Positions 55,416 to 64,000 of a DNA stretch of 64,000 nt are shown here, one piece after another. The stretch is from Minisyncoccia bacterium (lineage in GTDB: Bacteria > Patescibacteriota > Minisyncoccia > Phycocordibacterales > UBA9973). The notes beneath the pieces were generated by a model. That model was not told the origin of the DNA, made no database searches, and was given only the letters and a program-made list of their open reading frames with translations. The stretch's first letter is position 1. Every line of letters begins with the position of its first letter. The DNA is taken from the NCBI GenBank assembly GCA_038244685.1, contig JBBRTD010000002.1, forward strand, positions 2,924-66,923. Reading direction: 5' to 3'. The position numbers were made by a program, and so were the translations under genes.

Positions 55416-57008
55416 ATGTCATTTGGAAAAAGATTTTTTAAAAAAATAGAAGGGCCATTTAATCATGGAATAAAGAGTGCAGCCATAGCGACAGTAATGC
55501 TTTCTAGTTTAAATGAGGTTCAAGCTGGAGAAAATACAACCAAAGATAAGGAAATTATCAAAACAGAAACAGGAACTGAAATAAAAACAAATAAAAGTGA
55601 AAATACATATTTTATGTCTCCTGCTGATTTTTTAAATGAAAATGAAAATTTCAAGTCAGAGATTAGTCGTTCTGGAAACAAAATTGAGTTTCAGGCTATT
55701 AGTCGTTTTAGTGTTGACTCACACATAATTTTAAATGAAGCGAAAGATTCAATAGTCCGCGACTTTCAAGAGTTGTTAAATAATATTACTCCTGAGAATT
55801 TTGACGAAATTTTAAAAAATGGGATTAATATTCTTGCATATTCTGATCCTAGAATAACTAAGAAATATAAAGATAATGAAGAATTGTCTTTAAAAAGGGC
55901 TGGTGCAATGAAAGAAATATTAATTGGATATTTAAAGAGCGATGCATATTTCTCAGGCTTGAACTCTGAACAAAATGAAAAAATTCGGAATATAAAATTT
56001 AATTTTGAAATACCAGAATCTAAAATAGTAAAAAATGCACAGAAAGGGGTTATGAATCCTGAAGATAAGGGTATCGACACAAAGGGGATGACGGACGATC
56101 AGTTGAAAAAAGTTTATGATGATTACTGTCGTGGAGTTATTGTATCTATTGAACTAGAAAAGACCAATATAGAGCCATTAAAATCAATCGACCCAAAAAT
56201 TCCTTCAATACCTTTAGAAAAATTACCACCGAAAATTAATTGGAATGCTCAGTATAAAGTTATCAATATTGATAATAGCCCTTCTGTCGGAAGAAAAAAT
56301 CACGATAAGGGTACTTCTTTTGAGTATATGATTAATCAGATATCTAAAGATGTAAATTTGGAACAATCAGAGATTCATCTTAGATTTTTTTCAGATAAAT
56401 TAGGAGAAATTATTACTTGTAAGGGGAAAGAAGATCTATTTAAAAAGATAAAGAAAGATGAATATAAGGGGAGTGTTACTGAAAAAACTTTAGATACAGC
56501 CACTTCTTCTATTGAAGATATGCCTCAAAATAATGATGAGAAGATATTAACATCATTAACCGATGAAGCCTTGCAATATGTGACCATAAATAAGATAAGT
56601 AAAATTGAAAAATTATCTAAGGATAAGAATACTAACTTTAACGTGGTTTATATTACAAAAGATAAAAAAATAAGAATTATTGATATTAATGAAATAAAAT
56701 CTATTTCTGAAAAACAGTTGATTAATGATTTACGAGGAACTTTTAGTGAATATATAAAAAGTAAGAATTTAGATGTTGGACAGATGAAAGATTTAGTTTC
56801 CAAAAAGGAAAACCAGAATAAAATTTTATCCCTAAAAGAATCAATTGAAAAAAATTCTTTAGATGAAATTTTGAGCAATCCACTAATTAAAGAAATATAT
56901 ATACCTAGCCTTTATCCAGACCTTAAGGGATACCTTTATAATCGTACAATAAACCCAATTTCACTGGAGAATGCAGGCGTAGAAGTTAATAATTCTAATA
57001 AGATTTAG
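55416..57008 (+). CDS. Hypothetical secreted protein (530 aa, signal peptide, K/E/N-rich)
   Basis: N-terminal hydrophobic signal-like segment. No recognisable motifs. Confidence 0.4.
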   Translation: MSFGKRFFKKIEGPFNHGIKSAAIATVMLSSLNEVQAGENTTKDKEIIKTETGTEIKTNKSENTYFMSPADFLNENENFKSEISRSGNKIEFQAISRFSVDSHIILNEAKDSIVRDFQELLNNITPENFDEILKNGINILAYSDPRITKKYKDNEELSLKRAGAMKEILIGYLKSDAYFSGLNSEQNEKIRNIKFNFEIPESKIVKNAQKGVMNPEDKGIDTKGMTDDQLKKVYDDYCRGVIVSIELEKTNIEPLKSIDPKIPSIPLEKLPPKINWNAQYKVINIDNSPSVGRKNHDKGTSFEYMINQISKDVNLEQSEIHLRFFSDKLGEIITCKGKEDLFKKIKKDEYKGSVTEKTLDTATSSIEDMPQNNDEKILTSLTDEALQYVTINKISKIEKLSKDKNTNFNVVYITKDKKIRIIDINEIKSISEKQLINDLRGTFSEYIKSKNLDVGQMKDLVSKKENQNKILSLKESIEKNSLDEILSNPLIKEIYIPSLYPDLKGYLYNRTINPISLENAGVEVNNSNKI

Positions 57009-57038
57009 GACTTTTGTTTTTAGATTAAATATGATAAA

Positions 57039-57350
57039 GTGAGACTTATGGATGAAGAAACAAAAAAGCTTTTAGAGGATAATTATGTTTTAAATAAAGA
57101 TAATAATCAGATGCTTACTAAGCTTGTTCTTTACCAGAAGTGGAATCAGATTTATCGAATTGCATATTGGGCTATTATCATTCTTTCAACTCTTGGAGCC
57201 TTTTACTTCCTACAGCCATATTTAAGCAGTTTAATGGGTGTTTATACGGGGGGAGTAGGTATATCTAATACTGGAAATATTGGTGATATTAGTAAAAATA
57301 TAGGGAGCAATAAAGAGATACAAGATTTGATTAAATCTTTGAATAATTAA
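57039..57350 (+). CDS. Hypothetical small membrane protein
   Basis: ORF with one central hydrophobic helix. Confidence 0.35.
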   Translation: MRLMDEETKKLLEDNYVLNKDNNQMLTKLVLYQKWNQIYRIAYWAIIILSTLGAFYFLQPYLSSLMGVYTGGVGISNTGNIGDISKNIGSNKEIQDLIKSLNN

Positions 57351-57396
57351 GTAATTTGGTTCTGAATTGTTAGATGAAAAGTTTTAAAAATATATT

Positions 57397-57469
57397 GCCT
57401 AGATAGCTCAGTTGGTAGAGCGCTCCCCTGAAGAGGGATAGGTCCCCAGTTCAAATCTGGGTCTAGGCA
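57397..57469 (+). tRNA. tRNA-Phe (anticodon GAA)
   Basis: GCCTAGATAGCTCAGTTGGTAGAGCGCTCCCCTGAAGAGGGATAGGTCCCCAGTTCAAATCTGGGTCTAGGCA with anticodon loop CTGAAGA. Confidence 0.85.
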
Positions 57470-57645
57470 CAAAAAAATAATGGAATCACCTTCAGGTAGA
57501 TAGCCAGTTCAAATCTCTAGTCTAGGCACAAAAAAATAATGGAATCACCTTCAGGTAGATAGCCAGTTCAAATCTCTAGTCTAGGCACAAAAAAATAATG
57601 GAATCACCTTCAGTTAGATAGCCAGTTCAAATCTCTAGTCTAGGC
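57470..57645 (+). repeat. Three tandem 58-59-bp units (caaaaaaataatggaatcaccttcaggtagatagccagttcaaatctctagtctaggca). Each ends in a degenerate copy of the tRNA-Phe T-arm/acceptor 3' end; a partial fourth unit follows.
   Basis: The units at 57470-57528, 57529-57587 and 57588-57645 are near-identical (unit 3 has one fewer A and g->t). ccagttcaaatctctagtctaggca versus the tRNA 3' end cccagttcaaatctgggtctaggca. Confidence 0.85.
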
Positions 57646-57676
57646 ACAAAAAGTAAAAATATCACCAAAAAATAAA

Positions 57677-57705
57677 ACACCTCGCTTAGGGCGAGGTGTT
57701 TTATT
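57677..57705. terminator. Bidirectional terminator hairpin (aaaacacctcgc ttag ggcgaggtgtttt)
   Basis: 11-bp stem with A/T-run flanks, abutting the Hsp20 gene stop (minus strand). Confidence 0.7.
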
Positions 57706-58208
57706 TAGATTGATTTAACTTTTAGTTTCGTTTCTCGATTCTTGTCTATCTTAGGAAGCTTGATTATTAATAATCCATGCTTTTCTATTGCTTCAGCTTC
57801 TTCAGGGTCAATTTCTTCTGGTAGGGTAATACTTCTCGAAAATGTTCCCCAGTAAAGCTCCTGCACGAAGTAATTTTCTTTATTAATTGATTGATTTTCC
57901 TCTCTTTTTCCACGAATGGAAATGGTATCTCTTGTGATATCGATAGATAAATTATCAGGATGAACACCTGCGATCATTGCTTGAACAATTATTTCGCTTT
58001 GTGTTTGGTATAAATCTATAGTAAGTTCTGCTTCTTGTTCCTCTTCCCACTTAGATTCTCTTTCACCATCCTCTGACTCTTCTATATCTCTACCTTGTAA
58101 ACTAACTTTTTTAACAGCAACAACAGAAGGATTCATTAATTCTTCTTCTTGATCTTCTAAACGAATGCTACCTGTTAGACGCTCTAAAAATGATCTCTTT
58201 TTTATCAT
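57705..58208 (-). CDS. Hsp20/alpha-crystallin-family small heat-shock protein
   Basis: Alpha-crystallin-domain pattern ...AGVHPDNLSIDITRDTISIRGKREE... and C-terminal I-x-I-like LKVKSI. Confidence 0.75.
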   Translation of the reverse strand: MIKKRSFLERLTGSIRLEDQEEELMNPSVVAVKKVSLQGRDIEESEDGERESKWEEEQEAELTIDLYQTQSEIIVQAMIAGVHPDNLSIDITRDTISIRGKREENQSINKENYFVQELYWGTFSRSITLPEEIDPEEAEAIEKHGLLIIKLPKIDKNRETKLKVKSI

Positions 58209-58215
58209 ATATAAT

Positions 58216-58926
58216 TTATGAGACAGCTTCCACTGTTCCCATACGTTTTAACTTTTCAAATATAAGTATGTTAATAATCGCGACGACCCACAAGAAACCA
58301 AAAACAGAAAGAAAATTTTCACCGCTTCCTTTCATTATAAAAAAATTAAAGATACTATGCAAGGAAATTGCACACATTATTCCAATTATAAAATATATTG
58401 TTCTATTTTGTTTTAAATAAAAGGATAATCCAAGAGCACTTCCAATCATAGAACTTGCAATTGCGTGAAGTAGGGTAGAACCAAGGAAGCGTAAATTACC
58501 AGTAAGCATTCCTACAATACTATCACTTGTACTTAATGGTTTTATAAGATATAGAACATTTTCAAAGGCTGCAAATCCTAGAGCTGTTGCGATAAAATAC
58601 ATTGGGTAGTCTATCGGTCTTCGAACTATATTATTTCCAAAAACAATAAAAGAAACTCCGATTAATTTTAATACTTCCTCGATACCAGCCCAGACTACTA
58701 TTTGGGTGGTGTTATCCTTTATAAAATTAAGAGAAAATTTTTCCATCCACATTGCGATTAGGACTATAATACCCCCTAAAATAAATGACATTACGACAAG
58801 GCCGATTGGTTCAGGATCATCGCTATCTTCTTCGTACATCCAAAACCACAACCATAAAATAGCAGGTGCTACACCTCCTAATATTGCATATGGGATTGTA
58901 CTTGGGTTTTTGACTAATTCGTTCAT
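58216..58926 (-). CDS. PrsW-family intramembrane metalloprotease
   Basis: EExxK (AGIEEVLK), FxxxENxxY (FAAFENVLYL) and HxxxN (SLHSIFNF) motifs on TM helices. Confidence 0.65.
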   Translation of the reverse strand: MNELVKNPSTIPYAILGGVAPAILWLWFWMYEEDSDDPEPIGLVVMSFILGGIIVLIAMWMEKFSLNFIKDNTTQIVVWAGIEEVLKLIGVSFIVFGNNIVRRPIDYPMYFIATALGFAAFENVLYLIKPLSTSDSIVGMLTGNLRFLGSTLLHAIASSMIGSALGLSFYLKQNRTIYFIIGIMCAISLHSIFNFFIMKGSGENFLSVFGFLWVVAIINILIFEKLKRMGTVEAVS

Positions 58927-61109
58927 AGATTAGGCCACCTTTCAACCATTAATAATTTTTTATTTTGAACAGGCATCATACTCCATATTTCTTCAGTTAC
59001 GAATGGCATAAATGGATGAAGAACTTTTAATGTTTTTACTAACGTATTTAGTAAAAATTGAGCTCTTGAATTTTTAACTAGTTCATTTCCATTTAAGAAT
59101 ATGTCCTTACTTTCTTCTATTATGACATCTGCAAATCGAGACCAAGTGTACTGATAGATTTTTTCTCCAACTAAATAGAATTTATATTCTTCCATTTCTT
59201 TTGTTATTTCTTTTATCAGATTATCTCTTTCTTCTATTAATATTTTTTCTTTTTCTTCGTATAAGGAAAAATTTTCATCATATATAATCCCTTCGGTATT
59301 ACTTAATACAAAGCGAGTTATATTCCATAGTTTATTTGCATAATTCTTATAAGCCCTAATTTTATCTTCAGACATCTTACTGTCGTTTCCTGGGCCTGTT
59401 CCAATAATAAGCGACATACGGACAGCATCAGCTCCATACTTTTGGGATACTTCAAGTGGATCCATGGCATTACCTAACGATTTGCTCATTTTTCTTCCTT
59501 GGACATCTCTAACTATTCCTTGTAAATATACAGTCTTAAAAGGTATTTGGCCTATTAGGTATGTACTCATAAGTATCATACGAGCTACCCAAAAGAAGAT
59601 AATATCATAGCCAGTTTCAAGTACATTAGTAGGGTGGTATGTTTTAAAATCTGGGGCATCTAAATCTGGCCATCCTAGTGTCGAGAAAGTCCATAGTCCA
59701 GAAGAGAACCATGTATCGAGAGTGTCTTCATCTTGAGACCAGCCTTCTTCTTTTGGAGCCTCAATTCCGCAATAAATCTTTTCTCCTTTATACCAAACTG
59801 GTATTCTATGTCCGTACCATATTTGACGAGAGATACACCAATCACGAAGATTTTCTACCCAATTGTAATATACTTTTTCAAAACGATCAGGAATAATATT
59901 TATTCCACCACCACGAACTGCTTCAAGCATTAATTCTTTTAGTGTTTTGTTGTCTCGGTCTACAATTTGCTTATTTACATTTATGAACCATTGAAGTTTT
60001 GGTAATGGTTCAATAATACCCCCTGTTCTTTCTGCTGTGGAAATATTTTGAGTGACCTCTTCTTCTTTTTCAAGCAGACCCTCTGTTCTTAGCCATTCTA
60101 CGATTACAGTTCGAGCTTCGGTTGTTTTTTTATTTAAAATTCTTTCATCTCCCACTGTCATCTTTGCATATTCATTTATAACTTGTTTAGTAGGCAGACT
60201 GTGTCTTGTGGCAATTTCAGCATCTATTTGACTGTGGGCAGGAGTTACACCTAGAGCTCCAGTCCCAAAATCTTTTTCTACTGCATCATCTCCTATAATT
60301 TTAACTTCAAGCTTTACTCCACAAAAATTTTCAACTATATAAGTTTTTCCAATATATTCTAAATATCTTTCATCTGTAGGATTAACAGCAACGGCAACAT
60401 CTCCAACTTTTGTTTCTGGTCGAGTTGTTGATATTGAGATAGGGAAGTCGGAACTATATTTAAAAGTATAGAACTTTGCTTTTCTTTCTTCGTAAACTAT
60501 TTCGTCATCTGAAATAACTGTTTGTCCTTTTGGGTCCCAGTTTACTATTCGGTGTCCACGATAAATGAGTCCATCGTCATACATTTTTTTAAATGCAGTT
60601 CTGACGGCTAGATTTCTTTTGTCATCCAGGGTAAAAGCTTCACGAGACCAATCCACAGAAGTTCCCATTTTTTTCATTTGGCTTACTATTGTGTCATGAC
60701 TTTCCTGAGCGAATTTATTTACTCTTTTTAAGAATTCTTCTCTTCCTAAATCTGTTTTTCTTTTACCTTCTTCTTTCTCTAATATTTTTTCTACTTTTGA
60801 TTGTGTCGCAATTGCTGCATGGTCAGTTCCGGGCAGCCATAATGTTCTCATCCCTTTCATTCTTGCAAACCGAACCATGATATCTTCTATTGTAAGCATT
60901 GAAGCATGTCCGATGTGAAGTACTCCAGTAACGTTAGGAGGAGGAAGCATAATAGAAAAAGGATCTGCATCTTTTTTTGTTACTCCTTTTTCAATACAAA
61001 CATCTGGATTAAAAAATCCACTATCTTCCCATAATTTATATATATGATCTTCTGTCTCTTTAGAGTCATATGGCTTTAGGAGTTTAGGGTCTATGTTTGG
61101 TTCATTCAT
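58923..61109 (-). CDS. valS: Valyl-tRNA synthetase (compact, lacks C-terminal coiled coil)
   Basis: PPPNVTGVLHIGHA (ValRS-type HIGH region), GTDHAAIATQ, and KMSKS motif KMSKSLGN. Confidence 0.85.
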   Translation of the reverse strand: MNEPNIDPKLLKPYDSKETEDHIYKLWEDSGFFNPDVCIEKGVTKKDADPFSIMLPPPNVTGVLHIGHASMLTIEDIMVRFARMKGMRTLWLPGTDHAAIATQSKVEKILEKEEGKRKTDLGREEFLKRVNKFAQESHDTIVSQMKKMGTSVDWSREAFTLDDKRNLAVRTAFKKMYDDGLIYRGHRIVNWDPKGQTVISDDEIVYEERKAKFYTFKYSSDFPISISTTRPETKVGDVAVAVNPTDERYLEYIGKTYIVENFCGVKLEVKIIGDDAVEKDFGTGALGVTPAHSQIDAEIATRHSLPTKQVINEYAKMTVGDERILNKKTTEARTVIVEWLRTEGLLEKEEEVTQNISTAERTGGIIEPLPKLQWFINVNKQIVDRDNKTLKELMLEAVRGGGINIIPDRFEKVYYNWVENLRDWCISRQIWYGHRIPVWYKGEKIYCGIEAPKEEGWSQDEDTLDTWFSSGLWTFSTLGWPDLDAPDFKTYHPTNVLETGYDIIFFWVARMILMSTYLIGQIPFKTVYLQGIVRDVQGRKMSKSLGNAMDPLEVSQKYGADAVRMSLIIGTGPGNDSKMSEDKIRAYKNYANKLWNITRFVLSNTEGIIYDENFSLYEEKEKILIEERDNLIKEITKEMEEYKFYLVGEKIYQYTWSRFADVIIEESKDIFLNGNELVKNSRAQFLLNTLVKTLKVLHPFMPFVTEEIWSMMPVQNKKLLMVERWPNL

Positions 61110-61152
61110 ATATAAAATATAGCACTTTTTATAATTTTATTCAAAAAATAAT

Positions 61153-62460
61153 TTACAGTGACAAATTTCCTTGAGCTTTGATTTTATTTATATTTTTAGC
61201 GAACTTTTTATTTTTAGCTTGGAAGTAGCCAGCAATTGCTATCATTAAAGCATTATCTCCCGTAAGACTTCTAGAAGGGAAGTGAATTTTCATTTTTAGT
61301 TTATTTTCTTTAATTTTTTCAGTCATAACTTTCTGTAAATATGTATTTGCAGAAACACCCCCTCCTACTATTAGAGTTTGTATTTTGTATTCTTTTATTG
61401 CTTTTAGTGTTTTGTGAACTAATGTTTCTACAACTGCATTCTCAAATTCACAAGCTATTTGTTGTTTGATGCTTAAATCTTCTAATATATTAGGATTCTT
61501 TATTTTTAAATCTCGTATCAAATACAAAACGGCAGTTTTTAGTCCTGAAAAAGAAAAATCATAATCTTTTGAATAAATCATTGGGCGAGGAAGTACTATC
61601 TCTGATATTTCACTTGAAATGTTATTCCCGTCAGCACACAATAAAATTCTGCTGAATTTTTTGCTCGTGCTCGGCCCGTCGGCCTGCGCAAGGCTTCCTG
61701 GAACAACATTATCTCGCTTCATATCAGAACGTGCAGTACCTGCCATTTTTGAAATTTCTGGCCCACCTGGGTATTTAAGTCCAAGCATCCGAGCTACTTT
61801 GTCGAATGCTTCACCTGCCGCGTCATCTCTTGTCTGGCCTATTTTTTTATATTTCATAAAATCCTTAACAAGGACTAATTCTGTATGCCCGCCAGATACT
61901 AAAAGAGAAAGCATTGGAAACATTTTTTTATTTATATCAATAGTAAAGGTTTTGCCCTTTTTGGGAAAAATAGAAAAGACATGTCCCTCCATATGGTTTA
62001 CGGGCACGATTGGAATATTCCAATAAGTACTTAATGCTTTTGCAAAACTAATTCCCACCCATAAGGCTGGTTCAAGTCCAGGTCCTGTAGTAACAGCGAT
62101 TGCATCTATCTTAGGCTTTTTGATTAATGGCATTATTGTTATCCATAATTCTTTTAGTTCATTTTCTCTGTCTAAAATTTTATCAATTTTTTTTTGTTCT
62201 TTTTCTGTATAAGGGGAGACCTTAATCAAAGAATACATTTTAGCTTCCTTAAGGACTTTTTCAAGTATATGCAAAATATTTTTACCATGTTCACGTTTGG
62301 CCATCATTGGGAAAACTCCTCCATATTCGGCATGGATAGCAATTTGGGAAGATATTTCATTCCCTAATACTTTGAATTTAACTTTTTTACCTTCTTTTTG
62401 TGCTTCGATAATAGATATTGCTGTCTCGTCACAAGAAGTTTCAATTGCTAATAATTTCAT
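61153..62460 (-). CDS. tsaD: tRNA N6-adenosine threonylcarbamoyltransferase TsaD (Kae1/Gcp family)
   Basis: LAIETSCDETAISI N-terminus and HMEGH metal-binding motif. The start is chosen at MKLLAIE; the ORF track extends to 62478. Confidence 0.8.
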   Translation of the reverse strand: MKLLAIETSCDETAISIIEAQKEGKKVKFKVLGNEISSQIAIHAEYGGVFPMMAKREHGKNILHILEKVLKEAKMYSLIKVSPYTEKEQKKIDKILDRENELKELWITIMPLIKKPKIDAIAVTTGPGLEPALWVGISFAKALSTYWNIPIVPVNHMEGHVFSIFPKKGKTFTIDINKKMFPMLSLLVSGGHTELVLVKDFMKYKKIGQTRDDAAGEAFDKVARMLGLKYPGGPEISKMAGTARSDMKRDNVVPGSLAQADGPSTSKKFSRILLCADGNNISSEISEIVLPRPMIYSKDYDFSFSGLKTAVLYLIRDLKIKNPNILEDLSIKQQIACEFENAVVETLVHKTLKAIKEYKIQTLIVGGGVSANTYLQKVMTEKIKENKLKMKIHFPSRSLTGDNALMIAIAGYFQAKNKKFAKNINKIKAQGNLSL

Positions 62461-62517
62461 AAAAATACTATAACACAAGGGTTTTTATTTGACTATTATT
62501 TGTGATAGAATAAGTTC

Positions 62518-63111
62518 ATGAATAAAAAGCATATTATTACTATAGCTGGTAAGCTTGGAAGTGGTAAATCTTCTACAGCGAAAATGGTAGCAGACATCCT
62601 TGATTACACTCATTACTCAACTGGTGATTTTATGCGATCTATAGCAGACGATAAGGGTGTTTCTCTTGGCGAATTAAGTAAAATGGCGGAGACCGATCTT
62701 TCTATTGATAAAATGTTAGACGATAGAAATTTAGGAATAGGAGAAATGGAAAACGTTGTCCTTGATTCAAGGCTCGGTTTTTATTTTATTCCAAATTCTT
62801 TTAAGGTATTTCTTGAACTTGATCCAGAAACGGCGTCAGAGAGAATTTTGAAAGACAAAGAGAGTAATCCAAATAGAAGTAAGGAAGATAGCGATTCTTT
62901 TAATACAAAGGAAAGTATATTAGAAAAAATTAATCATCGTCTTTTAAGTGAAAGAAAAAGATATAAAGATTTATATGAGATAGAAGACCATACTTCTCCT
63001 GATAATTTCGACCTTGTTATAAATACAAAAGAAATTTCGCTTAAGGAAGTTTCCAAAAAAGTCATAGAAGGATATAGTAATTGGCTAAATAATTTTATAC
63101 CAAAAGAGTAA
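62518..63111 (+). CDS. cmk: Cytidylate kinase-like (d)CMP kinase
   Basis: P-loop IAGKLGSGKSST and NMP-binding-like YSTGDFMR. Confidence 0.65.
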   Translation: MNKKHIITIAGKLGSGKSSTAKMVADILDYTHYSTGDFMRSIADDKGVSLGELSKMAETDLSIDKMLDDRNLGIGEMENVVLDSRLGFYFIPNSFKVFLELDPETASERILKDKESNPNRSKEDSDSFNTKESILEKINHRLLSERKRYKDLYEIEDHTSPDNFDLVINTKEISLKEVSKKVIEGYSNWLNNFIPKE

Positions 63112-63133
63112 TACAATATTAAATTTACAATAT

Positions 63134-64000
63134 ATGAAAATACTTAATAATTTATTAAACGAAATATTTGTTGTAGACATGCATGGAAACATTGATAATC
63201 CTGTTTCTTCAATTTCTCTGAATTCTAAGAATATAAAATCAAATTCATTATTCGTTGCCTTAGAAGGTAATGTGGTGGATGGTCATGTTTTTATCGAAGA
63301 AGTTATAGAGAAGGGCGCTACTACTATTGTTTACGAAAAGGATCCTAGTGAATTTCATGCAGGTGTTACTTATGTAAAAGTTGCTGATAGCCATACAGCT
63401 ATGGGCGTTATAGCAAATAATTTTTACGGTGAGCCATCTCGTAAAATGAAGTTAGTTGGAGTGACTGGCACAAACGGAAAGACAACAACTGCAACACTTC
63501 TTCATCAATTATTTCGAGATTTAGGACATAAAGCTGGAATGATAGGAACTGTCGTAAATAAGATTAACGATAAATCATTTGAATCTAGTCGCACAACACC
63601 AGATTCTGTAACTTTAAATGAGTTACTTGCAGAAATGGTGGACGATGGATGTGAGTATTGTTTTATGGAAATAAGTTCACATTCTGTTTGCGAGAAAAGA
63701 ATATCAGGTCTTTACTTTATCGGTGGAATTTTCACAAATCTTACCTTGGATCATTTGGATTATCATAAAACTTTTGAAAATTATTGTGAAGCCAAAAAAA
63801 GATTTTTTGATGTTCTTCCTTCTCATGGTTTTGCTATTGCTAATATAGATGATGGAAAAGGGGAATATATGTTAAGTACTACTAAAGCCAATAAATACAC
63901 CTTGAGTCTAAAAAAGGAAGCAGATTTTACTGATAGATTAGAAACGAAACTTATCGGAGAATTTAATGCCTATAATATTTTAGGAGTTTATGCGGCGGCT
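63134..64000 (+). CDS. murE: UDP-N-acetylmuramoyl-tripeptide synthetase MurE (3'-partial; runs off the window end)
   Basis: VGVTGTNGKTTTATLL P-loop of Mur ligases and DHLDYH motif. The frame is open to base 64000. Confidence 0.8.
   Translation, partial: MKILNNLLNEIFVVDMHGNIDNPVSSISLNSKNIKSNSLFVALEGNVVDGHVFIEEVIEKGATTIVYEKDPSEFHAGVTYVKVADSHTAMGVIANNFYGEPSRKMKLVGVTGTNGKTTTATLLHQLFRDLGHKAGMIGTVVNKINDKSFESSRTTPDSVTLNELLAEMVDDGCEYCFMEISSHSVCEKRISGLYFIGGIFTNLTLDHLDYHKTFENYCEAKKRFFDVLPSHGFAIANIDDGKGEYMLSTTKANKYTLSLKKEADFTDRLETKLIGEFNAYNILGVYAAA

Noticed and set aside
57470-57645. CRISPR array hypothesis for the 59-bp tandem repeats
   Set aside because: The units are contiguous with no intervening unique spacers, no cas genes are nearby, and the units derive from the tRNA-Phe 3' end.

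Overview
This is a compact, AT-rich (roughly one-third GC), gene-dense bacterial window. Long ORFs read through cleanly with the standard code (no in-frame UGA recoding is needed). The gene content looks like a reduced-genome, Patescibacteria/CPR-like organism, and this placement is an inference from content only. Housekeeping genes present: peptidoglycan genes (HTH-fused murA, murB, alr, murJ, murE start), leuS, valS, lepA, ychF, engB, tsaC, tsaD, miaA, cmk, rpmG(L33), metK, Hsp20, and seven tRNAs (Ala, Leu, Trp, Gly, Arg, Phe plus fragments). Accessory content: (1) a roughly 7.45 kb segment (34496-41989) flanked by a 42-bp imperfect direct repeat that duplicates the 5' end of ychF. It carries a Type III restriction-modification operon (mod+res), a small acidic ORF, a stand-alone FtsK-gamma-domain protein, a ClpS-like protein, an unknown protein, and a SAM-I riboswitch-controlled compact metK. 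(2) An ica/pga-like exopolysaccharide locus (clan GH-A-like hydrolase, processive GT2 with QxxRW, 89-aa membrane protein, large CE4 deacetylase with Ig-like and peptidoglycan-binding domains), next to a two-component system. (3) Two paralogous VirD4/TrwB-like P-loop ATPases, one with a C-terminal zinc ribbon and a long K/E-rich tail. (4) A giant Calx-beta/FN3 surface protein that is partial at the 5' end. (5) Recurrent partial copies of tRNA ends next to tRNA genes: three tandem 59-bp units after tRNA-Phe, a chimeric 5'+3' fragment after tRNA-Trp, a 5' fragment before tRNA-Leu, and a weak 3' fragment after tRNA-Gly. All calls rest on motif recognition by eye; no database searches were run.
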